DNA from: a virus
Taxonomy: Duplodnaviria > Caudoviricetes
DNA length: 24,699 nt
Virus record (IMG/VR): IMGVR_UViG_3300029997_000039
Location: 1 to 24,699 of that record
Direction: 5' to 3' (one strand)
A program made the translations under genes and the position numbers. Numbering within the stretch: position 1 is the first letter of the stretch; each line of letters starts with the position of its first letter. The notes below the pieces were generated by a model. The model ran no database searches. It saw only the letters and a list, made by a program, of their open reading frames with translations, and was not told the origin of the DNA. Positions 17,381-24,699 of the stretch are shown here, one piece after another.

Positions 17381-17614
17381 TTATGGTAATTTTGGATACA
17401 CACGTTTTGCTACTGACTTGCCGAGTACCTTATCGGCCTTTGAATCAATTTTACTTTCTTCTGACTTCGACATGCGCCCCGCGTTGACTGCCTGACTCGC
17501 ACGCGCTTTTGCATTGGCGGCATGACTTTTATCTGGCACGGGAAAGCTACGATCTGGCCCGGCGAAAGATCCCGTTGGCAACGCCTTGCGATCAGAAGAA
17601 GTTAACTTTGCCAT
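17381..17614 (-). CDS. DUF6582-like small basic protein, 77 aa
   Basis: LTSSDRKALPTGSFAGPDRSFPVPDKSHAANAKARASQ resembles the DUF6582 pattern (recalled, not searched); C-terminal SVAKRVYPKL. Confidence 0.7.
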   Translation of the reverse strand: MAKLTSSDRKALPTGSFAGPDRSFPVPDKSHAANAKARASQAVNAGRMSKSEESKIDSKADKVLGKSVAKRVYPKLP

Positions 17615-17616
17615 TT

Positions 17617-17817
17617 TTATTCTTGCGTCGGCAAGTTAGGATAGAGAGACGCGGCCGCACTGGGCGTCTTAGCTTTGCCTTTTCCTTGTTGTTGCCCTTT
17701 ACCTGGCGTCTTGCGACCATTAGCTAGATTATCCGGCTTGCCTTGTTGCTGCATGCCTTGGCCTGGAGCCTGCATGTTTGCCTGCTGCTCTAAAACTTGT
17801 GCTGGTACGTTTGCCAT
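17617..17817 (-). CDS. Small disordered Gln/Gly/Lys-rich protein, 66 aa
   Basis: SD AGGAG upstream; 2-nt gap to the next gene; C-terminal SAAASLYPNL. Confidence 0.7.
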   Translation of the reverse strand: MANVPAQVLEQQANMQAPGQGMQQQGKPDNLANGRKTPGKGQQQGKGKAKTPSAAASLYPNLPTQE

Positions 17818-17827
17818 GGTGTTACTC

Positions 17828-18196
17828 CTAAAGGCGTCGCGTTGTGCCGTCTGCCGGGTTAATCAATAAAGGGGGATGGTCTGGATGAATGGCGATTAAT
17901 CTGTTTCCCTCAATCACCGCCAATTCTAAACCTTTACCTGTATAGCCTTGTGGCAAGTCGCAAATAAATTTTGCCTTACGCACAGCAACGCCAACAGTAC
18001 CTTTTTCATGGTTATAAACTAACTGGGCATCCGGCAACGCTGGGGCACCCATCGTCATGGTGCGCTGAGCATACTCGCGATCTTCGTCTTCCTGTTCCTG
18101 CTGGAATCGCTGTTCAATCAACTTGCGCGCCTTATTATCAATCTGCGGATTGAGTAATTTGCGCAACGCTGCAATATCAATAATCTTTTCGCTCAT
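17828..18196 (-). CDS. Hypothetical protein, 122 aa
   Basis: SD GGAG upstream; protein-like composition; in the operon. Confidence 0.7.
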   Translation of the reverse strand: MSEKIIDIAALRKLLNPQIDNKARKLIEQRFQQEQEDEDREYAQRTMTMGAPALPDAQLVYNHEKGTVGVAVRKAKFICDLPQGYTGKGLELAVIEGNRLIAIHPDHPPLLINPADGTTRRL

Positions 18197-18294
18197 AACT
18201 TAACTCCGTGCCACAAACCAAACTCAACCAGCTTTTCAGCGAGCGCCACCGAAATGTAAATACCTTGAAAATTAATAAGCGGTAGCATTTTCAT
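18193..18294 (-). CDS. 33-aa micro-ORF coupled at both ends
   Basis: MKMLPLINFQGIYISVALAEKLVEFGLWHGVKL; the start overlaps the portal stop (TAATG) and the stop overlaps the next start (ATGA). Confidence 0.55.
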   Translation of the reverse strand: MKMLPLINFQGIYISVALAEKLVEFGLWHGVKL

Positions 18295-20009
18295 TATGTC
18301 CCCAACATTTTCTGAAGCGCATTTTGACCGCCACCGACATCCGTTTGACTGAGTGTCTGCGCACCTTGCGCCGCTGCCGTTGAATTCTGTAACTGCTGCG
18401 CTTGCTGCTGCTGTTGATTGCGTGCCGCGCGGATCTGAGCGACTTTCTGTAATGCCGTTACAACTTTAGGTGAGACGCCGAGCATGTCAGCATATTCCTC
18501 AATCATTTCGTCAAAGTCGAGGTTATCCATGACCTGCGGCTGAATCGCAGCGATATTACCAACGAACTGCGCTAAGCGCTCAATGCCGGCCGTTGATGCG
18601 GCTTTCTGCGCTTCGGCCAACATGCTGATGTACTCAACTTTTATTTTCTGGCCAGCAAGTTGTGCAGGAACTGGGGGAAATAAACCAGCGCGGAGCATAA
18701 TGCCAAAGACACAATCAATCGCAGGATCAAGCGCTTCATTCTCAAACCTTTCCAAGACTGGACCAAGCTGAATTAATTTTTCTTCCTTGCGTGCATCGAT
18801 CTCGGTGGCCGTCCGGACTGTATCCAACTGGCTAATCATCATGAATAAGTCATTGAAGAATGTCACTTTGATGCGCTCTTGAACTTCCTTAATATCTTCG
18901 ACTAAGCCAGAAAAGTCTGGCGCAATTTCATACGCTGGCCGGAATCCAACGCTGCCCTGCGTGCTGTTCACATAGGTCACGCCGCCAGGCAACATCGATG
19001 CGGGCTCATTCTTTAAGCTAACATCGGCCAGCATAGGAGGATTAACATGCTTATCAATCGCTTGGGCTTTGCGCTTCTGCTCGACTTGGAGCGATTTAAT
19101 ATCCCCAAGAGCATCCATGCCAGGAGAGCGCCCATAAGCATCATTGCCAACAATATCCCAACGAGGACTGATAAAAGGCTTTTCATGAAATCCCCGAATC
19201 CGCAGTATGTAATTCATGCCGGTACCGAGTTCCCAGTACACTTCACGCCATTCCATCCCCTTGGTGCCGGGTGACTTCGGGATGTAGTCTGTATTCTTTT
19301 CGATCAGATGGCCGATTTTAATCTCACGGGTGAGCATCGCGCCGCCTGTTTCAATCCCACCTCGTACGGTAGGCGAACAGTTCTCAAGACCAAACATATT
19401 AGCTACTTGCTGGATGGTCAATACAAACTCACGCCCAAGCGTTGATACATCCTGGCGATCATCATTCTGTAAAAAGTATTCCCCTGCACAGGTATTGAAG
19501 CAACGGATCACGTCATCGTAATCCTGATAGATGATCATGGCACCTGTGCCGAACGAACCAAGATCACCATATATAGTTGCCAGACTTGTATAGAAATTGG
19601 ATTCCGCGAACACCGTCAATAAGCGCTTCTTGCACTCATCCAGCCATTTTTTTACTTCATCGATTTTATTGAGTTCGGCGTGGTTGGTGGAAAGCTTGAC
19701 CCAGTTACTACCAGGTGAAGTAATGCCGCTCATCATGCCGGCCGCCAGAATGCGTAACGCAATCGTGCCAGTATTGTCGATAATGCGCTGATTGATGGGT
19801 GAACCTCGGTTTCCCTGGTTCGGTGTAATCAGCCATTTGTAGCGGCGTGGGATTAAGTAGTCGGCAATTTCTCGCCAGTGTGTCCACCAGGACATACGGT
19901 CATTCTTCATAGCAATTAACAACTGCTCACAATGTTGTCGCAGTGCTTGAATTTCCGGGGAAGCTTTTTCCCCGGTTGGTGTGCCCTTGATGGTGGACAG
20001 TTTTGCCAT
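18294..20009 (-). CDS. Portal protein (head-to-tail connector), 571 aa
   Basis: WREIADYLIPRR, LAAGMMSGITSP, SNFYTSL...DLGSFGTG, PRWDIVGNDAYGRSPGMDALGD, RTATEIDARKEEKLIQLGPVLER, VEYISMLAEAQK. Confidence 0.95.
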   Translation of the reverse strand: MAKLSTIKGTPTGEKASPEIQALRQHCEQLLIAMKNDRMSWWTHWREIADYLIPRRYKWLITPNQGNRGSPINQRIIDNTGTIALRILAAGMMSGITSPGSNWVKLSTNHAELNKIDEVKKWLDECKKRLLTVFAESNFYTSLATIYGDLGSFGTGAMIIYQDYDDVIRCFNTCAGEYFLQNDDRQDVSTLGREFVLTIQQVANMFGLENCSPTVRGGIETGGAMLTREIKIGHLIEKNTDYIPKSPGTKGMEWREVYWELGTGMNYILRIRGFHEKPFISPRWDIVGNDAYGRSPGMDALGDIKSLQVEQKRKAQAIDKHVNPPMLADVSLKNEPASMLPGGVTYVNSTQGSVGFRPAYEIAPDFSGLVEDIKEVQERIKVTFFNDLFMMISQLDTVRTATEIDARKEEKLIQLGPVLERFENEALDPAIDCVFGIMLRAGLFPPVPAQLAGQKIKVEYISMLAEAQKAASTAGIERLAQFVGNIAAIQPQVMDNLDFDEMIEEYADMLGVSPKVVTALQKVAQIRAARNQQQQQAQQLQNSTAAAQGAQTLSQTDVGGGQNALQKMLGT

Positions 20010-20563
20010 TAAATAACTGTCTGAGTAGCCGTTGTCGCAGGTGCTGGATTAGTCGCCAGCGCGCTGCCTTGATCATCCCCAGAATTTTCGCCGGTCGAAG
20101 TAGCCACCACGACCGGCGAGTCTGTCGAACTGCCAGCAGCTAAACCCGCAAAGGTATTAGAACCGACACCAGGACCAGGATCAGCTGGCATAGAAGAACC
20201 AGGCTGCTTATCTGCACTGAAGAAACTCTCAACACGCATCGCGAATTCTTCAAACAGGTTTTTTACCTCGCCGATCGCTGTCTCGTGCTGCTCAACAGTC
20301 ACGATACCAAGCGATGCAGCAGCCTGAGCAGGAATGGGACCATCTGGTGACGCGGTACCGGACTCGCCCGAAACGGCGCCGGTCAATTTAGCAACCGCAT
20401 ATTGTTCGACGTTCTCGACGCGAGTGATGAGATCGCCGACTACACTGACTAATTCGCTAATCAGTTTGTCGTGGGCATCTGCAATCGCTTTTTCAGCATC
20501 CGCAAACTCGGTTGAATTGAATTTCGTTTTGACGTAGGCATTGAATGTTTGTAGTAATGACAT
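20009..20563 (-). CDS. Hypothetical protein, 184 aa (start moved from 20665 to ATG 20563)
   Basis: SD GGGAG before ATG 20563, 1 nt after the upstream TAG; TAATG overlap with the portal gene; two related helical repeats and a Ser/Thr/Pro tail. Confidence 0.7.
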   Translation of the reverse strand: MSLLQTFNAYVKTKFNSTEFADAEKAIADAHDKLISELVSVVGDLITRVENVEQYAVAKLTGAVSGESGTASPDGPIPAQAAASLGIVTVEQHETAIGEVKNLFEEFAMRVESFFSADKQPGSSMPADPGPGVGSNTFAGLAAGSSTDSPVVVATSTGENSGDDQGSALATNPAPATTATQTVI

Positions 20564-20564
20564 G

Positions 20565-20780
20565 CTAACTCCCGAGTAATGTTTTGCTGCTAGTGGTGGG
20601 GGATGGATTTGTGACGCCTTGGGCGCCGGTCGGTGCGATGGTGGCAGAGGTGCCAAACGCGCCATTGGCGCGCTGAGCCACCGCCGTTCCTACTGCGACG
20701 CCTTGCGGCGACTGCAATGCAGGGATTGGTGGCGGGATGGTTACGGCCGGAGGTGCTGCTGAACTTGAATGACCGCCCAT
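20565..20780 (-). CDS. Small pre-portal virion protein, 71 aa
   Basis: SD GGGAG 8 nt before ATG 20780; MGG start, Pro-rich, TIAPTGAQGV, C-terminal KTLLGS, typical of the small gene between TerL and portal in podoviruses. Confidence 0.75.
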   Translation of the reverse strand: MGGHSSSAAPPAVTIPPPIPALQSPQGVAVGTAVAQRANGAFGTSATIAPTGAQGVTNPSPTTSSKTLLGS

Positions 20781-20782
20781 AC

Positions 20783-22312
20783 TCAATACTCCCTATTTTG
20801 ATTGTCGTTGCTATGTGTCGACGCAAACGGATCATAGTCATGCTGAATCAACTGATCACGATTTGCTGCTGCGTGCCCTGCATTTCTATTCGGTTGTACT
20901 GGATAAGCGAAGGTGAGCGCAAGCGCATCAGCAATATCCGGAGAGCTTAAACCACGCTTTTTCATATCCTTTTTCGATTCAAGTTGTATCGCATCGACGC
21001 CATTTCGCATCGCGTAGCCATACTCTCTGTCTGTAAGTTGCGATTCTAAGTCGACATCTGCCGGAATGCAACCCCCTGTTTTCAACCACTCGCGCATCAC
21101 GCCCCACATCTCGGCGCACTTGTTAAAATACTTCACGGCATCTTGTCCAGGGTTGGAACGGTCAGGTGTGGCACCGAAGTTGATCCCAATTACCGGTACA
21201 CGTAATTGTCGCAAACGATCCACAACTCCAGCACCGAGACCACCCTCATCCACAAAGATACCATCCGCACGGTAGAACTCGAATTGTTCAGCTACTCTGG
21301 CCGCCAATTGCATGGTGTCAAGTCCACGGAACTTTAACGGCGGGTGAGTGCGGCCATCACGGCCTTTACGTATGTAAATAACTGACTCGTCATCACCAAA
21401 GCGAGCAGGATCGACGCCGATAACCAGTGCATCATAAATACCTGCATGCGCTTCGATAGATCGCTGCGCTTCGACGAGGTCAGATCCAATAAACTGTGTA
21501 GAACCAGCACGAGGAAAAACCCCACGTACACGCACGCGCACAAAGTCAGAGTCTTCCCCATAATCGATGATCCATTGGTCAATTTGCGTTTTATTCGTCA
21601 TCTTGGCAGTACGACTGTCAATCTGACGGCCTAACCAACGGTGTTTGAACTTGCCAAAGCATTCACGGAAGCGGCCACTGTTCCGGGTTGGGTTACCAAA
21701 CACACACCAGATAATCTGGGTATCACTATCGGTCAACGCACCCTCTGCCGTTTCCCAAATGATAGGCGGTATCGCTGCAGCTTCATCGAAGATCAAGACT
21801 ACCCGCTTACCCTGGTTATGTAACCCGGCGAACGCCTCCGTGTTGCGTTCTGACCATGGCACCATATCGATTCGCCAGGTCTTTTCGTGCTTAGGCTGCC
21901 GCGAATAGAGCGCGGTAGCAGTAAGTTCAAACCAGTGCGAACAAATGCAAAGGCGGTGCCATTTAGCCAGTTCTGCCCACGTTTTAGTTTTAAGCTGTCC
22001 CTCGGTGTTGGCGGTGACTACGCCGCGGGTATCTTCAAACGTGGAGATGGACCATTCAATGATCCAGGCAACCAAGGCGGATTTACCGATACCATGACCG
22101 GATGCAACAGCGATCTGAATCGCTTCGGTGACATTGATCACGCCGGACTTGAGCTTGGACGATATCGCTTTGAGTAATTCGACTTGCCAGTCATCAGGGC
22201 CCTGGTGCTTAGCTAACTCGCCGGATCCCCACGGAAACGCGTACATTACGAAGCCGTAAGGATCATTGCTAAATGACGCAATGTCCTGGATCAGAAGACT
22301 TTCAGGATCCAT
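20783..22312 (-). CDS. terL: Terminase large subunit, 509 aa
   Basis: Walker A SGHGIGKS, Walker B VLIFDEA, GNPTRNSG, nuclease motifs IGVDPARFGDDES, FVDEGGLGAGV, SPDIADALALTFA. Confidence 0.95.
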   Translation of the reverse strand: MDPESLLIQDIASFSNDPYGFVMYAFPWGSGELAKHQGPDDWQVELLKAISSKLKSGVINVTEAIQIAVASGHGIGKSALVAWIIEWSISTFEDTRGVVTANTEGQLKTKTWAELAKWHRLCICSHWFELTATALYSRQPKHEKTWRIDMVPWSERNTEAFAGLHNQGKRVVLIFDEAAAIPPIIWETAEGALTDSDTQIIWCVFGNPTRNSGRFRECFGKFKHRWLGRQIDSRTAKMTNKTQIDQWIIDYGEDSDFVRVRVRGVFPRAGSTQFIGSDLVEAQRSIEAHAGIYDALVIGVDPARFGDDESVIYIRKGRDGRTHPPLKFRGLDTMQLAARVAEQFEFYRADGIFVDEGGLGAGVVDRLRQLRVPVIGINFGATPDRSNPGQDAVKYFNKCAEMWGVMREWLKTGGCIPADVDLESQLTDREYGYAMRNGVDAIQLESKKDMKKRGLSSPDIADALALTFAYPVQPNRNAGHAAANRDQLIQHDYDPFASTHSNDNQNREY

Positions 22313-22922
22313 TAGCCCTTTTACGTGCTTCCTCGATCTTGGCGGCTAATTCGGTCATTTCGTTTTCTTTGGCTACCGCGTTCATGCCATATGCTTCACG
22401 CTCTAAGCCGATCAATATCCGCAATACCTCAGCTAATTTTTTCACGGAATCAACGCGGCTAGGTGTTGAGATAACGGCTTGATAGATGTCATTTAATTTA
22501 TCGACGCCTTTATCGTTCTCGCTACGCAGCAACACGCCTAAGTCTGACAAGTCGCCCAGATTGCCAGTCTGCTGCTCTAATTCATCCAACAACGCGATGG
22601 CAAGATTGCGATAGCGGTTAATATCGGTGCGGTGAGTGATACGGACATCTGCTACGACACGCGCATTAGTCTCGATGATCAGGTTATCGGTAATTTTGGT
22701 ATCCGCGGATACTTTGCTGGATACCGCCTGTTTGGATACCAGTTGATCCGCCTTGGCTTGGATCCGCGCCGCTAAGTCGCGCTCCCAACTATCCCGCTTT
22801 GCGCGCTTGTTGATGGCTCCGTGCGTAATGCCGTGTGATGCAGCTATTTCACGGACAGAAAGAATGCCAGCACGATAATCCTTTTCGATACGCTCCCAGT
22901 CAATTACCGGCTTAATTTCCAT
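22302..22922 (-). CDS. terS: Terminase small subunit, 206 aa
   Basis: N-terminal HTH DWERIEKDYRAGILSVREIAASHGITHGAINKRAKRDSWERD, C-terminal LIGLEREAYG; overlaps the terL start. Confidence 0.85.
   Translation of the reverse strand: MEIKPVIDWERIEKDYRAGILSVREIAASHGITHGAINKRAKRDSWERDLAARIQAKADQLVSKQAVSSKVSADTKITDNLIIETNARVVADVRITHRTDINRYRNLAIALLDELEQQTGNLGDLSDLGVLLRSENDKGVDKLNDIYQAVISTPSRVDSVKKLAEVLRILIGLEREAYGMNAVAKENEMTELAAKIEEARKRANGS
22699..22740. repeat. GGATAC repeat cluster with a 14-bp perfect palindrome inside terS (candidate pac/TerS-binding region)
   Basis: GTATCCGCGGATAC (22699-22712) and TGGATACC at 22718-22725 and 22733-22740. Confidence 0.45.
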
Positions 22923-22937
22923 TAAATTTGCTCCAAA

Positions 22938-23252
22938 TTAGCTATTTTCTGGAATCTTACCACCAACCAATTCTTTAAGTCGAGCAATTGATTTTTCTGC
23001 GACAACTGGATCGCGCCGCACAGGACGTACAACAGCCTTTAATCTTTTTCTCTCTTCGATAAGTTTTGGTTTGAGATCAACCCACTCGTCAACCGTTAAA
23101 TTTTTTTTGAAATCAAACAAGCGGTTATTCGGCAACTTAGCCAAGCGTCGTAATTCACAGCACAACTGATCTTTGACGTAAAGATTGGAATCCGATAAAC
23201 ACCGGTAGCACTTATCCACGATTTTTATTAGAGATCTCAGTTGACCAAACAA
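22938..23252 (-). CDS. Hypothetical protein, ~104 aa (start uncertain, TTG)
   Basis: Fills the gap before terS; basic helical composition; 41-nt overlap with the upstream gene. Confidence 0.55.
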   Translation of the reverse strand: MFGQLRSLIKIVDKCYRCLSDSNLYVKDQLCCELRRLAKLPNNRLFDFKKNLTVDEWVDLKPKLIEERKRLKAVVRPVRRDPVVAEKSIARLKELVGGKIPENS

Positions 23253-23469
23253 TCGGAGGATTCGGCATCATCCTAAGCAAACGCTCGACTTGATTCAAGG
23301 AGATAGCTTTTTCACCGACCAAGGTTTTGATGATGGAAACCAAAAAATCCTCTGTTTCATCACCATGGTTAATAATGCCATTACGGCATGCCACCGCCAA
23401 AAATGCATGCATTGTCGCGTCATACAAAGCCAATCGGTTTAATTCGTCGATAGTTGAAAATTTCATCAT
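23212..23469 (-). CDS. Hypothetical protein, 85 aa
   Basis: ATG 9 nt after the replication gene stop with an AAGG SD; protein-like composition. Confidence 0.6.
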   Translation of the reverse strand: MMKFSTIDELNRLALYDATMHAFLAVACRNGIINHGDETEDFLVSIIKTLVGEKAISLNQVERLLRMMPNPPIVWSTEISNKNRG

Positions 23470-23478
23470 GAAGCCTTT

Positions 23479-24099
23479 TTAAGATAATTCACAGACGGCG
23501 AGCTTAGCCCGTATCCGGTGTGTAATGCCATCCCACGTCTCACCAGGGCGAGACTCTAAGCCAATTTCCAGCGCTTTTGCCTTAATCCCGTCATGAGTTG
23601 TCCACCAGTTATCCACAGATCGTGGTTTTGTTCGTGCTTTATATATTGAAGATGAAGATGAAGAGCCATTTTTAGCCATTGGCTCTTTTATAGCTGAGCT
23701 ATGGCTTAGCTTTCCATTTTCTTTTTCAGCGCGAACCCGCGCCCACCTTGCTTCTGCGCCTTTTACACCGGAGATAGAACGCTCTGTTTTGAACGTTTGT
23801 TGTTTAATATACTCCTTAATTAAGCGAGGATGACACAGCCTATCCGGGTAACCTTCTACCTCGACAAAACAACAGCCAATGGCTAGCCATAGTTTAGCCA
23901 TTAGCTCAGCCATCGGTTCCCCGCACAGCTTCGCAATCTTATTAATATCACTAGGAATTGACTTTTCACGCCAGCAATAAGCCATGAGTTTTATATAACA
24001 TCCTAATTCCTGGTTCGTCATCAGCACAACATTTTCGTCGGCCAAGAATTCAGCCGCGTAGAACTGAAACGCAGGGGGTTTTTCTTGCTTTTTGGTCAT
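23479..24099 (-). CDS. DUF1376/YdaU-family phage replication protein, 206 aa (start moved from 24138 to ATG 24099)
   Basis: PPAFQFYAAEFLADENVVLMTNQELGCYIKLMAYCW...IPSDINKIAKLCG...HPRLIKE...RSISGVKGAEARW; ATG 1 nt after the antirepressor stop. Confidence 0.8.
   Translation of the reverse strand: MTKKQEKPPAFQFYAAEFLADENVVLMTNQELGCYIKLMAYCWREKSIPSDINKIAKLCGEPMAELMAKLWLAIGCCFVEVEGYPDRLCHPRLIKEYIKQQTFKTERSISGVKGAEARWARVRAEKENGKLSHSSAIKEPMAKNGSSSSSSIYKARTKPRSVDNWWTTHDGIKAKALEIGLESRPGETWDGITHRIRAKLAVCELS
23609..23617 (+). promoter_or_regulatory. Consensus DnaA box TTATCCACA inside the replication gene
   Basis: Exact 9/9 match to the DnaA box; a degenerate TTGTCCACC lies at 23598-23606; ~50 bp from the repeat array. 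Confidence 0.6.
23664..23985. repeat. AGCCAT iteron-like repeats, candidate replication origin
   Basis: AGCCAT at 23664, 23674, 23885, 23896, 23908, 23980 and inverted at 23701 and 23879; TTTAGCCATT at 23671 and 23893; AGCCA-W-TGGCT palindromes at 23674-23684 and 23874-23884. Confidence 0.6.
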
Positions 24100-24100
24100 T

Positions 24101-24699
24101 TTAAGCTCTAATGTTATGGATCGCCCATTGGCCTGCAACCCAGTTCACCCCTTTGGTGGTGAATTTCGTTTGGTTGTAGGCGTGTCCGCCCTCGCTGGTA
24201 CCGACTTTAATACACAGCCGTCCAGCGTCGATATGCTCAGCGTACGGCACCCACTGGCAATTGAGGATATACATAATCTTTCGATTCTTGAGGAACTGGC
24301 GGAATGCGACCTCATTGGCGCCCAGGAGCTTGCAGACTTCGCGAAAGCTCTTGAGTCCGGTCGATTCTACGTAACGCTCGACAAACTCAACAGCAGGCTT
24401 TTGAGAGGCTAACAGAACAACATTAGCGGCTAATTGATCCTGGTAATCTGCCGCCATGCGCAGCGCTTCAGCGAAGTTTTTAGGAATAGCCGGCGACAGC
24501 CCCACCAACTTTTCCTCGAGCTCTTGCCAGCGATCAACAAGGCGTGCCGTGAACTGCGGCGAGAGACGAGCCACAATGACGTAGGTGTCGCGCTTCGCGA
24601 TTCGGAACACGCTTTCTATGACGCCATTCCCGGATTTTTCCCCGTCCTCAATTTGAGGGTGGGAAATAATCCCCTTTTGATGCAGATCCATCACCGATC
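24101..24699 (-). CDS. Phage antirepressor (Rha-like N-domain plus KilA-C/ANT C-domain), 5' end outside window
   Basis: KRDTYVIVARLSPQFTARLVDRWQELE, IPKNFAEALRMAAD, KPAVEFVERYV...FREVCKLL...QTKFTTKGVNWV; the frame is open to the window edge. Confidence 0.88.
   Translation of the reverse strand, partial: SVMDLHQKGIISHPQIEDGEKSGNGVIESVFRIAKRDTYVIVARLSPQFTARLVDRWQELEEKLVGLSPAIPKNFAEALRMAADYQDQLAANVVLLASQKPAVEFVERYVESTGLKSFREVCKLLGANEVAFRQFLKNRKIMYILNCQWVPYAEHIDAGRLCIKVGTSEGGHAYNQTKFTTKGVNWVAGQWAIHNIRA

Larger units (their letters stand above)
1..24699 (-). mobile_element. Podovirus-type phage/prophage segment (replication end, packaging, head, tail and ejection modules), epsilon15/BPP-1-like organisation
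   Basis: All credible genes are on the minus strand, tightly packed with many stop/start overlaps. Order TerS-TerL-portal-scaffold-MCP-cement-adaptor-nozzle-internal virion proteins. No tape measure or tail tube. No att site or host gene in the window, so prophage and free phage cannot be distinguished. Confidence 0.95.

Noticed and set aside
17005-17403. 132-aa minus-strand ORF
   Set aside because: It overlaps three better-supported genes that tile the region, and has off-frame composition.
20564-20841. Extension of ORF 20009-20665 and ORF 20590-20841
   Set aside because: Both overlap the small KTLLG gene; SD evidence favours starts at 20563 and 20780.
23098-23112. A8 run as a programmed frameshift site
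   Set aside because: No stimulatory structure or meaningful alternative-frame product was evident.
23212-23220. Second DnaA-like box TTATCCACG
   Set aside because: 8/9 match, ~390 bp from the main box and coinciding with a stop codon; may be chance.
1-24699. Diversity-generating retroelement (as in BPP-1), CRISPR array, tRNA, integrase/att, lysis genes
   Set aside because: No reverse transcriptase motifs, TR/VR pair, repeat-spacer array, cloverleaf, integrase or holin/endolysin was seen; they may lie outside the window.

Overview
The window is a single co-oriented (all minus-strand) block of a podovirus-type phage or prophage with epsilon15/BPP-1-like gene organisation. Reading right to left: Rha/KilA-C antirepressor (cut by the window edge), DUF1376 replication protein with an internal DnaA box and iteron-like repeats, two hypotheticals, TerS, TerL, two pre-portal genes, portal, a run of small genes including a GT-A glycosyltransferase, scaffold, major capsid protein, cement/staple proteins, tail adaptor and nozzle, gp13-like GNAT, cupin, gp14-like protein, a lytic-transglycosylase ejection protein, and a giant (>1769 aa) ejection protein. 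The giant ORF is missing from the ORF track because it runs off the left edge. The main finding is inside that giant protein. A zeta-toxin-like P-loop kinase domain with a rearranged motif order is inserted just upstream of an HExxH metallopeptidase. The Gly/Ser-rich linker after the kinase is overprinted in the +1 frame by a 58-aa ORF with its own Shine-Dalgarno, a candidate nested antitoxin, whose stop falls exactly at the cassette boundary. Second, the scaffold and three other head-module proteins share a C-terminal [ST]x[AG]xx[LVMI]Y[PG] motif, a candidate capsid-docking tag. All family assignments come from motif recognition and gene order, not from database searches.
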